Shown piece after piece: positions 1 to 8,910 of a stretch of DNA of 16,072 nucleotides. The position numbers and the translations under genes are program-made. Position 1 is the first letter of the stretch. Each line of letters opens with the position of its first letter. This stretch comes from Paraphysomonas bandaiensis (Eukaryota; Protista; Chrysophyceae): positions 1 to 16,072 of the forward strand of contig CBFFRP010000610.1 in NCBI GenBank assembly GCA_965644295.1, read 5' to 3'. Below the pieces are notes generated by a model. The model saw nothing but the letters and a program-made list of their open reading frames with translations. It made no database searches and had not been told where the DNA came from.

Positions 1-870
1 TTCGTCAGGCACGAACACTTTTTCAGCCTTCGTTGACAACAATTCCATAATCTTAGTTTCACTTTTCATTTCATCGCTGACATGAGTCTCTATCTGCTCA
101 TGATAGTCTTGGAGGGCTTCCTCCCTAGACTTTCCTAAGAATGTCAACGCATCCTTGAATTGAACCGGTAACTCGGTTTCCTCATCCTCTGGGGCAATAG
201 CATCACTCGCTCTTGTCCATGGGTGCACACGGTCATCAGAGTCAACCGTGTCCCCTGCCAGAGATGACAACACATTCGAATTTTCATTATCGGAGACACC
301 CTCGATTTGAGTGTCATGTGCCTCACGCATAACAGCACACATGAAAGGATATAATTTTCCAGTCAGCGCAGGCAACCCCAAAATAATATCATTACTCGTC
401 ATATCAATCACAAAGAATTCACCCGTATATTGATAGGTATGACTCTTTGGATCAGTCAGCACTAAATTTAATCTGACTCCTTCATTGAGATCCTTCACCG
501 TTCTACTATCCGCCAATACCACACGGTGTTTAGCTTTATAAAAACGGCTCGGTTCTAGTTTGTTCCGCAATCTGTCCACCAAATCCCTCGACACATAATT
601 GGCTGAGAGGGCTCCAGTGTCACACAATATTTTTACTAACTCCTCTATTCCAAATTTTCTATCTAAAGTAATCCTTCCTATAGTGTGCGCTGAAGAGAAG
701 CTCTTGGATGAAGGATAGCAGGCATACAGCTTAGCCTGATCCCCGATACAGACATTGGAGGAATTCGCAAACTCATTAAGATCATTAGAATGCACTGAAC
801 ATTCATCATTCTCATCCCGAGTCTTTGAATTGGAATCCTCCTTGTCTGTATCGTCACATCCACCGAACCA
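1..870 (-). CDS. pol: pol N-terminus (aspartic protease), partial, open to the window edge
   Basis: Manual translation of 870->1 has no stops: WFGGCDDTDK...KILCDTGALSANYVSRDLV...FFVIDMTSNDIILGLPAL...KVFVPDE. It is missing from the ORF track because it has no stop inside the window. Confidence 0.8.
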
Positions 871-1635
871 TCAAGGGCGGGAATCACCGAAGTGATCCCT
901 CCTCAAGATGGTCGGTTGTTTGTCCCTCTGCTCCGAACTTCCCGCAGACTTAAGATACGCATCGATCTTGTCCCGCATTTCGGACGCAGAATCCAACAGA
1001 CATTTCGCATTATGATTATAAGGACAGTCTGTTTTGTCGCACTTGCCATACATGATTTTCCTAAGACACCCATACTTATCGGTCTTATTATTCTGAGCAC
1101 CAGTTGGTCTAGAATGCATGGCTGACAGAGACCTATCAGAGTTAAAACGACGCTCCTCATCAACTGCTGCGTCCTTACCCGACATTGGTTTCACATCTGT
1201 CATCATAGCGACTTGTTTATCGTCATGTACCTCCAGATTGCTGGACCGCCAAGTCTCACTCGGAGCATCCCACAAATCATCATCATTGGGTACATACCCA
1301 TCATTATCATCCCACTCATCGTTATAGTTTCCTCCAGACTCATCGTAAGTATCTAGATGTGACACTTGCGAAACCCTTGGTTTAGAATCAACACGACTGT
1401 TCAACGAAGGTTTGTTGGACTGTTGAGAGAATAGTTCCTTTCTCCTCTTAAGATAGTCCTCGTGCTTCTGTTGAAACATCGTAGTCGACTCCATAGGTAA
1501 CTGTCGGTACGCGATGGTTACTTGATAATGATCCAAGAGTACAGCCGAATACTCTTTGAAAAATTCGCTCATAGAGTCAAATTTATTAGTCGACATGCAC
1601 CCCAACACATACTTAACATAGGTCTTACGACCTAT
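871..1635 (-). CDS. gag: gag C-terminal part with CCCH zinc finger (5'-truncated)
   Basis: ORF 871..1641, whose ATG (1639-1641) lies inside the transposon TIR and is not the native start. It has a low-complexity acidic linker, then C-x8-C-x4-C-x3-H (CLRKIMYGKCDKTDCPYNH, 1012-1068), and sits directly upstream of and in frame with the protease. Confidence 0.7.
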   Translation of the reverse strand: MGRKTYVKYVLGCMSTNKFDSMSEFFKEYSAVLLDHYQVTIAYRQLPMESTTMFQQKHEDYLKRRKELFSQQSNKPSLNSRVDSKPRVSQVSHLDTYDESGGNYNDEWDDNDGYVPNDDDLWDAPSETWRSSNLEVHDDKQVAMMTDVKPMSGKDAAVDEERRFNSDRSLSAMHSRPTGAQNNKTDKYGCLRKIMYGKCDKTDCPYNHNAKCLLDSASEMRDKIDAYLKSAGSSEQRDKQPTILRRDHFGDSRP

Positions 1636-1679
1636 GGTCATTTTCTGTTACAAGGGTAAGCATTTTTTTGGTAAGCATT
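1636..1679 (+). repeat. Left terminal inverted repeat
   Basis: GGTCATTTTCTGTTACAAGGGTAAGCATTTTTTTGGTAAGCATT is the reverse complement of 5279-5322 with one mismatch (1668 vs 5290). Confidence 0.95.
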
Positions 1680-1850
1680 CCTTACCAAAAAACGCCGAAA
1701 ATCAATTTCTGTTTACCCTGGTAAGCATTTTCCGGGTAAGTTTTTGAAAATGCTTACCAAAATGCTTACCCTGGAGAGAGAGTGGGGGGGTAAAATTTGG
1801 AATCCTTACCAGGTAGATTTTTTGTCGGGGTAAGGATTTTGGGAAGCATA
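1654..1850. repeat. Left subterminal array of GGTAAG(C/G)ATTTT motifs in both orientations
   Basis: About 10 copies, e.g. near 1655, 1670, 1720, 1735 and 1829 (forward) and 1676-1686, 1747-1758, 1759-1770 and 1801-1810 (reverse). 1705-1731 is a degenerate internal copy of the TIR. Confidence 0.85.
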
Positions 1851-1908
1851 AAAACCTCTAGATGAACATAATATATCCATAGTACATTAATCACATTTTA
1901 TTGATAAC

Positions 1909-3174
1909 ATGAGTGATAGTGAGTCAAGTCAGTGCAGTTTAGACTTCTTGCCTGATGTGGATACATCTTCCACGCAACCCACAAAGAAATATAAGCATCA
2001 GCACCCAGATCCTGTCGACGACACTCTCGTTGAATGCGAACCTGAGGATGAAATGGAATGGTGCGCAAGCGTCTTGTCCTCTCATCGAAGCACGCCTGCT
2101 CAGAAGAAGGATATATATCTCATGATATTCAATTTTGCGTGCTGTAAGACCTTCGAATACCTCGCACAGGAGGTGAAGAGACTACATGCGAAGGAGCGGT
2201 ACTTAATTCTGGACAATGAATTGAGAAATTTCTTCGTTACATACCCTAAAAAGCAGGAGGCCCGTGAGACCATTCTAAAATCATTTCCTGAGCATGCATG
2301 GCCGGAAGGTTTCTTGGAATTTGTGAGTGATTATCTCAATAAGTCAGTGACTAAGGAGTTCACAAATAGCAACACTTGGACAGCGGGACTAAGTGAGGAG
2401 GAGCTCAGACAGGTATACACGGGGCATTTGATTGAATACCAAGTGAAGACTGTAGCTGCACCTGTTAATAATGCCTTGAATCCGCTATGGCAGCCCTTAC
2501 CTAGCGGTGTGCAAGATAGCACCCCTCTACGTCATTATGTACGCCGCAAGTTATGGCATAAGCACTGCCTCGACCTTTCGAAATCTTATCTAAAAGTCAA
2601 ACTTGGGCAAAAGCCGAAAAAGGCGGAGACGCGTTTGGTACTTACTGAAGAGTACACTAAGGAAGATGCACTGGAGGAGATTTATCTGAAACGAATGCAT
2701 AATATGACGTTGGAGTGGAGACCGAAGTGCTGGCTGACCTTTATATTCATGGGCAGACCAGCAGGCGATAGGATGAGCTACCTATTCTCCTCGGGCTCAC
2801 CGTCAAAAGCCATGCCGTATGGAATATCACCTTCTGAAGCCGCTCTTAGTATTGGTGGTAGGGAAGCAAGGAGACATCTACATGAGAGTGTTGGAAGAGG
2901 TTTCGGAAAGCGCAATCCGAGGAAGATGAGACCTCGACCTACATCTCCGGATACTTTCAGTGCCACTACTGATGAGGTGACAATGTTGAAGCATATTGAG
3001 GCCTGCCTTAAGGACGAGATCAAACTTGCTCATGAACTTGGCGCTACTGAGGAGTCTATTACGGAACTGAAGGTAAAGCTGAGTGCAACGTTGAAGGAAT
3101 CGAGAGAGTTCATGGAACAATGTCTTCGGAAAAAGAATGCTATGAATAGTAATCACATTACTACACCTACTTAA
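1909..3174 (+). CDS. Transposon ORF2, 421 aa, putative DNA-binding/accessory partner of the transposase
   Basis: Intact ORF inside the TIRs, convergent with the transposase as in two-gene PIF/Harbinger elements. It has an acidic N-terminus, basic patches and a coiled-coil-like C-terminus. No Myb/SANT or YqaJ motif was recognised by eye. Confidence 0.75.
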   Translation: MSDSESSQCSLDFLPDVDTSSTQPTKKYKHQHPDPVDDTLVECEPEDEMEWCASVLSSHRSTPAQKKDIYLMIFNFACCKTFEYLAQEVKRLHAKERYLILDNELRNFFVTYPKKQEARETILKSFPEHAWPEGFLEFVSDYLNKSVTKEFTNSNTWTAGLSEEELRQVYTGHLIEYQVKTVAAPVNNALNPLWQPLPSGVQDSTPLRHYVRRKLWHKHCLDLSKSYLKVKLGQKPKKAETRLVLTEEYTKEDALEEIYLKRMHNMTLEWRPKCWLTFIFMGRPAGDRMSYLFSSGSPSKAMPYGISPSEAALSIGGREARRHLHESVGRGFGKRNPRKMRPRPTSPDTFSATTDEVTMLKHIEACLKDEIKLAHELGATEESITELKVKLSATLKESREFMEQCLRKKNAMNSNHITTPT

Positions 3175-3301
3175 TTGATTACTGTAATATTATATACAAA
3201 ATAGCAGTAACAATTAATTAATACTATTTCATCCTACATCCTACATGTACTTGAAGAGATAATTTCAATCGAAATGAATCGAACTTAATTATTTACATTA
3301 A

Positions 3302-5110
3302 TTACCAATTCTGGTTCCACAATATCTCAGTGTGAGCAGGAATATCTACGCTTGCTACCAATTTACAGGTATGTAGACAGTCGTCATAAACCAGCACGCA
3401 ATTCGGTGCTGCTTGAGAAGCATGACTTGAGTTGTTGGCTAAGGAAGCCTTGCAATTACCAGAAAAGTTGTTATCCGTGCAGTCTATATATACATTCTCC
3501 TTGCACCTAAAAATATACCTACTTTGTCCGGCATTCTTTTTTTCGACGTACTCTTCATAATTAATCGTTTCGCCGTGGAACTCTGCTACTACATCGCCTT
3601 TGATAAATGACATCCACGAAAACAGACCTCGTCCTGTAGAACGTTCACACTGCTGTGTCTCCGAGTCAAACACCAACAAAGCAGACTGCTTAGTGTAAAG
3701 ACTATGGAAAACCTCCTTAGTCAACCTATGTTGTATTTTAGTCAGTGCGAAGGCATTCTTCTGCCACCCTTCAAATCTGTTGGGCCAATACACTTGACCC
3801 ATTTTGAACTGCGTGTTAAAAGATGTCACTAGCAAATCTCGTAGCACATCGTGGTCATATTCATTGTCCGGAATAATGACAATTGCATCCGAATCATCCG
3901 TAGGGGTAGGCAGGAATGGAATGGTGTTTTCTTCTTCCACTTCTTGTCGTACATATCTCAGTGCATTCATAATTTCCTCTTCAGGAGTATCTGGATGTAA
4001 ATTCGCCCAGTCAACGTTCTCTTCCCACAATTTCCACTCTGCATGATAGGAGGAATCGTATTCCAGTATTATGTTGTGAAGCATACACGCACACTTGAAT
4101 GCCGACTCAATTATAAAGAAGTCATGACACTCAATCATACCAAGTAGATATCTGAATCGATTTTTCAAAATCGCATTGACACATTCAACATCTTTACGGA
4201 TAGACTCAAAAAACTCTGCCCATCTCACTTGATGCATGCTCCATCCCTTGTGTTTGGGGTCCATCATGCAGCCTATTCTTAGGAACCCTCCGTCACACAT
4301 AACCCAAGCTCCTTTTACTGAAATTAAGTTCCCGTCGTTGTCATACAAAGAATATAATACGTCCTGAACTGCACCTTGCATAATTTCAACCATTTCAGGT
4401 ACACCCTTGACCATTAGTTTGTCGTTGCAAGCCCCAAAGAAAGCATCGCTACAAATATTTATTCGGCGCTTGTGATCAACGCCTATTAAGAACGCTAACG
4501 TCGGTCTTCCTTCCTTACCGGTACAGTAATTACCCCATACGAATGGACATTTGTTCCAAAAGACATGCGTACCATCCACTGAGATGAAGCAACCATTCAT
4601 TCCCAGTACTTTGTAGACATCCATCTGCATACGTAAGGCCTCACCAGTTGGTATATACACAAAATCATCGTAAAAGTGATGTACAAACCCAATAACAAAT
4701 GTCTTGAAAATTGTGTGGCAAGTCGTTTGTCCTATACTGCTTAGCTCCGACATAGTATCCGTATCATGGGCTCTAGCCAAAATTCGCAGTGCTACCAGTA
4801 CTCTAAATTTGACAGGAATTGCTGGGGGGAATCGTCTTAGATTAAAGACATTCTTAACTTCGCAAAGTTGAACGATATACTCGAATATAGGATACGGAGT
4901 TCTAAAACGTAGTCGAAACTTAGAACCTAGAAACGTTCTGGGGTCCTTTGTTTCCGGATTCCGAAGCATAAGGCCCCAGGAACTATCTTCGAGATCGGCG
5001 GCAGAGATCTTCTTCTTTCTCTTGTTGGGGTTAAATATTGAATCGGGCTCCGAGTCACAATCATGTGTTAAAGCGTCCACTAAGCTCTCTGTATCAGAAT
5101 ATTCAAACAT
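3302..5110 (-). CDS. Harbinger-like DDE transposase fused to a C-terminal SET-like domain, 602 aa
   Basis: NLS-like NKRKKK; FRLRFR...VALRILA...IGQTTCHTIF HTH region; catalytic SVDGTH (D179), CDGGF (D273) and RKDVEC (E309), giving DD35E; LKNRF and CMLHN follow. The C-terminus (~3302-3700) has GRGLF, GDVVAEFHGE, YIF..IDC, ASLANNS..PNC and VASVDIPAHTEILWN, the SET motif order. Confidence 0.9.
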   Translation of the reverse strand: MFEYSDTESLVDALTHDCDSEPDSIFNPNKRKKKISAADLEDSSWGLMLRNPETKDPRTFLGSKFRLRFRTPYPIFEYIVQLCEVKNVFNLRRFPPAIPVKFRVLVALRILARAHDTDTMSELSSIGQTTCHTIFKTFVIGFVHHFYDDFVYIPTGEALRMQMDVYKVLGMNGCFISVDGTHVFWNKCPFVWGNYCTGKEGRPTLAFLIGVDHKRRINICSDAFFGACNDKLMVKGVPEMVEIMQGAVQDVLYSLYDNDGNLISVKGAWVMCDGGFLRIGCMMDPKHKGWSMHQVRWAEFFESIRKDVECVNAILKNRFRYLLGMIECHDFFIIESAFKCACMLHNIILEYDSSYHAEWKLWEENVDWANLHPDTPEEEIMNALRYVRQEVEEENTIPFLPTPTDDSDAIVIIPDNEYDHDVLRDLLVTSFNTQFKMGQVYWPNRFEGWQKNAFALTKIQHRLTKEVFHSLYTKQSALLVFDSETQQCERSTGRGLFSWMSFIKGDVVAEFHGETINYEEYVEKKNAGQSRYIFRCKENVYIDCTDNNFSGNCKASLANNSSHASQAAPNCVLVYDDCLHTCKLVASVDIPAHTEILWNQNW

Positions 5111-5184
5111 CTTGAATACAGATACGTTTTAAGTAATGATGATGTGATGTGCATATGTTATGTGTGGAGTCTTATATGGGCATC

Positions 5185-5304
5185 AAAAATCCTTACCCGA
5201 AAATCCTTACCACGGAACTGAAATTGAAATTTTGCAGTTTTGGTGGAGGGGAGGGTTAGGATTTTAGGGGTAAGCAAAAATGCTTACCACAAAAATGCTT
5301 ACCC
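5185..5304. repeat. Right subterminal GGTAAG(C/G)ATTTT motif array
   Basis: AAAATCCTTACC at ~5186 and ~5200, GGTTAGGATTTT at ~5254, GGTAAGCA at ~5269, and AAAATGCTTACC twice in the TIR region. Confidence 0.85.
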
Positions 5305-5322
5305 TTGTAACAGAAAATGACC
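5279..5322 (-). repeat. Right terminal inverted repeat
   Basis: AATGCTTACCACAAAAATGCTTACCCTTGTAACAGAAAATGACC, the reverse complement of 1636-1679. Confidence 0.95.
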
Positions 5323-6180
5323 ATACATACATACATACATACATACATACATACATACATACATACATACATACATACATACATACATACATACATACAT
5401 ACATACATACATACATACATACATACATACATACATACATACATACATACATACATACATACATACATACATACATACATACATACATACATACATACAT
5501 ACATACATACATACATACATACATACATACATACATACATACATACATACATACATAACATTCATACATACATACATACATACATACATACATACATACA
5601 TACATACATACATACATACATACATACATACATACATACATACATACATACATACATACATACATACATACATACATACATACATACATACATACATACA
5701 TACATACATACATACATACATACATACATACATACATACATACATACATACATACATACATACATACATACATACATACATACATACATACATACATACA
5801 TACATACATACATACATAACATTCATACATACATACATACATACATACATACATACATACATACATACATACATACATACATACATACATACATACATAC
5901 ATACATACATACATACATACATACATACATACATACATACATACATACATACATACATACATACATACATACATACATACATACATACATACATACATAC
6001 ATACATACATACATACATACATACATACATACATACATACATACATACATACATACATACATACATACATACATACATACATACATACATACATACATAC
6101 ATACATACATACATACATACATACATACATACATACATACATACATACATACATACATACATACATACATACGTACATAC
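5322..6180. repeat. (CATA)n microsatellite, ~210 units
   Basis: Perfect blocks at 5322-5557, 5563-5818 and 5824-6171, separated by identical ACATT interruptions; ends CGTA CATA C. Confidence 0.99.
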
Positions 6181-6314
6181 ACATCCTTTTTTGTATCTGT
6201 TACATTCAGGCATCTGTTGCGTCAGTGTGCTGATAGTCTGACGATCCAGCGGCTGTTATCAAGTTGTATTAATATTCAGTGAGTGTGTGGGCTGTATCAT
6301 TGCGCATATTATAT

Positions 6315-7998
6315 ATGGGTAATTTCGGTGAAGATGTCACACTATCAGCAGGAGGCTGCTCTGCGGCTGGAAGCTACTACACAGATGATATCAACCTCAG
6401 TGACACTGACAGGTGTGAGAATGTTTTTTGCAGAGAATTAGTTTGATATGTATATTTGTAAGGGCCCATGATACTGAGAGCTTCATCAGACACGAAGGCC
6501 GCACCTGGTATCAAGATAAATTACACGAATTGGAAAATGAGCTCTGCCCACCTGGTAGATTTTAGTTGTCGTTAATGCAGGATGTTGTCATTTACGATAT
6601 GTTTAGGAGTTCATGCAGAGTTCAGAGATCTCGGATTGATTGAAACGAAAGTTAATATGATGGAATCAGGAAAGTGGGAAGATTTTGTTGCCAATCAATC
6701 TCGCAAGGGTTTTGTGGAAAAGTTACGCGGCAGTCGTGATCAGTCATCACAGGCGTTCACTCGTTACGACGACGGAGACGTTGACTGTATTTACCAAACG
6801 CGGCCAACGTACACTCGCTGCAGACCTGGTCGATTTAGACCGCATATTAATCTTTCGCATGCGAAACAGCCCAAACCCTTACAGCAGCCCACTAGATGCC
6901 AGGAAAACACACAGCCTTGCAAGCATCCAGGTTATAAGAATCGAGTAGCTGGCCCTACCACAACTTGTCCAAAAGAAATATTTTCTACTCCTTCTCCACC
7001 AATATTTGGCACAATCAAGTGTCTAAAAGAAGGCTCAAACACACATCGCAGCCCAAATATACGACCGAGCACCTCATCCGGACCACGAAGTAATAGTGCA
7101 AGATACATTAGACCCGCTGAACGTCCATCCTCAGCTAGTTCAACCATGAGAGGCAGCTTCCTGACTCAACGCCACATGGGTATTCCTATTTCTACTGCAC
7201 CGAAGCACACATCCCATGCTCGAAGTGGATATGAGAGATACCTGAAAGGTACACTGCTGCATAATCACTGGAGAGATGAAGACCTTATGACTGGAAATGG
7301 TACTGCAAATGTGGTTTCATGATATCACGAACGAATGTACATAATGGGTTTCATAGGAAAGATTTGCTTCCACCCTTTATCGTTTGATGTGCTGGAAACA
7401 CTCTCATTCGGACCTGCCAATAAAGACTATGATAAAATAGGGTCGAATGTAAGTTTTCATTTTTTGTCTTCACCGTTATTATACGTATACACAGAAGCCC
7501 ATGCCTTCTGAGCGGCGGAGTTTAGTTGCAAAAATATATTTATGCCTTCAAAATCAGAGCAAGAACACACAAGTTGTGGTTCAAGACATTCTTAAGTTCT
7601 ATGATGCGGCCAAGCATCCTGCTGTGACATCAGGCCGCGTATCTGCAAATGAACTTCTTCTTAGTCTTCTAGCTGATCTCCTTAATCTGAATGACAAATC
7701 TGAATGTGTTTTTTACAATTCATGTGCTGATTCCTTTCCTGCACATATTCTTGAAGCGGAAGTTTCCGAGGATGATGTCATTCGGCACTACTCATGTGTA
7801 TCTGCCGCCACGAATTCAGACGAATATTTCAAGAAACTCTTGTTTTCTACGTGGCATAAAGTGTGGCCTCTCAAAGAATCCATGTGTAATGGCTATGTAA
7901 AAAGAATTGACACAGTACCCTTCGAGCGAATTATGAACAGTCAGCACGTACCGTCGTACGATTGGGGAGTAAAGAAAACTACCAGGATCATTGTTTGA
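6315..7998 (+). CDS. Spliced host gene with a C-terminal calcyphosin-like (degenerate EF-hand) domain
   Basis: Frame-consistent model with exons 6315-6412, 6463-6554, 6607-7299, 7357-7448 and 7495-7998 (GT-AG introns of 50, 52, 57 and 46 bp; possible extra in-frame intron 7706-7756). The last exon matches the calcyphosin pattern: RRSLVAKIY..L, DILKFYDAAKHPAVTSGR, VSEDDVIRHYSCVSAATNSDEYFKKLLFSTW. Confidence 0.65.
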
Positions 7999-8799
7999 GC
8001 GACACTGTGACCGTATATTGTGTGAGAGAAGCATTCGCAATTGCATTCGAACACTGAAGGCTGTTTTGGTATTGCGTGTTGTTTTTTGCATACGGATTGC
8101 CATGTTATTTCACAGAGGATAGAGTATCAGAAGTGCCAAGAATTAGGACGTTGCCATCTACGAAGTTTAAAATGAAAATAGAAATGTTATTTTGTGTTCA
8201 CAGTTGCAATAATCTGAGGTGAAATCTGTGTAGCTGCTTCCTAAACTACACCCCAGTATTCCGCTTGTCTGTAAGCAACTAAAAGATGTATTTTAAGGTA
8301 TATGAATTATGGCCGTTATTCGAAGAATACAGTAGCAGAAAACAGTGTTATATGAAATACAGATAAGACATGAATTATGTTAGTGAAACTGAAATATATT
8401 GATTCTACAAAATCGTAACTTTCTAAGGTGTGTTAAAATTCATTGGTAGTAGAGGCCGCTATAATGATTTAATGAGAGATGCTGATCACAATTTCAATGA
8501 ATTGAGAGAGTGTGCTGCAACAAGTTGTATCCGAAAGTGACATTGAGTTGATAGACATTAGAGCGACATAAATCAAGCGGGAACATTTAAATCGTAACAT
8601 TTATCGTTCATCATCATTTACTAAATTTATATTTAGCTAAAACTCATTCGTAGATTCTCACCACAACCAATAAATTTCAGTTTGTCGTTTGTCTGAACTA
8701 TCTCATAGCATAATATTTTTTATTTTTAAATTTCAATTAATACATTAATACTGTCTCTGACTACTGTATTATTCAAGCATTCAAGGGGATATATTATTC

Positions 8800-8910
8800 A
8801 ACCTACTAGTCAATTTGGTGGAATTTCCTAGTCATTCCATTTTCGGTGTAAAAACCTAGTCAAAGCCATAAATGACTCAACCTAGCCAATTATAGTATTA
8901 AACCTAGTCG
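8800..8910 (+). repeat. Five spaced copies of an AACCTAGTCA-like motif
   Basis: CTAG cores at 8806, 8828, 8856, 8882 and 8904 with unrelated intervening sequence. Confidence 0.6.

Larger units (their letters stand above)
1..1635 (-). mobile_element. Ty3/Gypsy-like LTR retrotransposon, internal fragment (gag C-terminus, protease, pre-RT linker); 5' part lost at the DNA transposon junction
   Basis: One minus-strand frame from 1635 to 1 with a single stop (871-873). A gag-like region with a Cys/His finger is followed by retropepsin motifs ILCDTGALSANYVS and DIILG. RT and integrase lie outside the window, so Gypsy rather than another LTR group is inferred. Confidence 0.75.
1636..5322. mobile_element. 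Full-length PIF/Harbinger-ISL2EU (PHIS)-group DNA transposon, 3687 bp, two convergent ORFs
   Basis: 44-bp TIRs (43/44 identical) starting GGTCATTTTCTGTTACAAGGGTAAGC, flanked by AT on both sides. It encodes a Harbinger-type DDE transposase and a second ORF, both uninterrupted. Confidence 0.93.

Noticed and set aside
869-873. UGAUG stop-start overlap as a reinitiation signal for pol
   Set aside because: The AUG frame closes after five codons (MVRWM); pol is in the gag frame.
1639-1641. ATG start of the 256-aa minus-strand ORF
   Set aside because: It lies inside the transposon TIR, so it is not the native gag start.
5256-6282. Long ORFs made of MYVC / HTYI repeats
   Set aside because: These are translations of the stop-free (CATA)n microsatellite.
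6185-6285. Possible extra upstream coding exon (TTCAG|...|GTGAGT)
   Set aside because: I could not join it in frame to the downstream exons; at most it is a 5' UTR exon.
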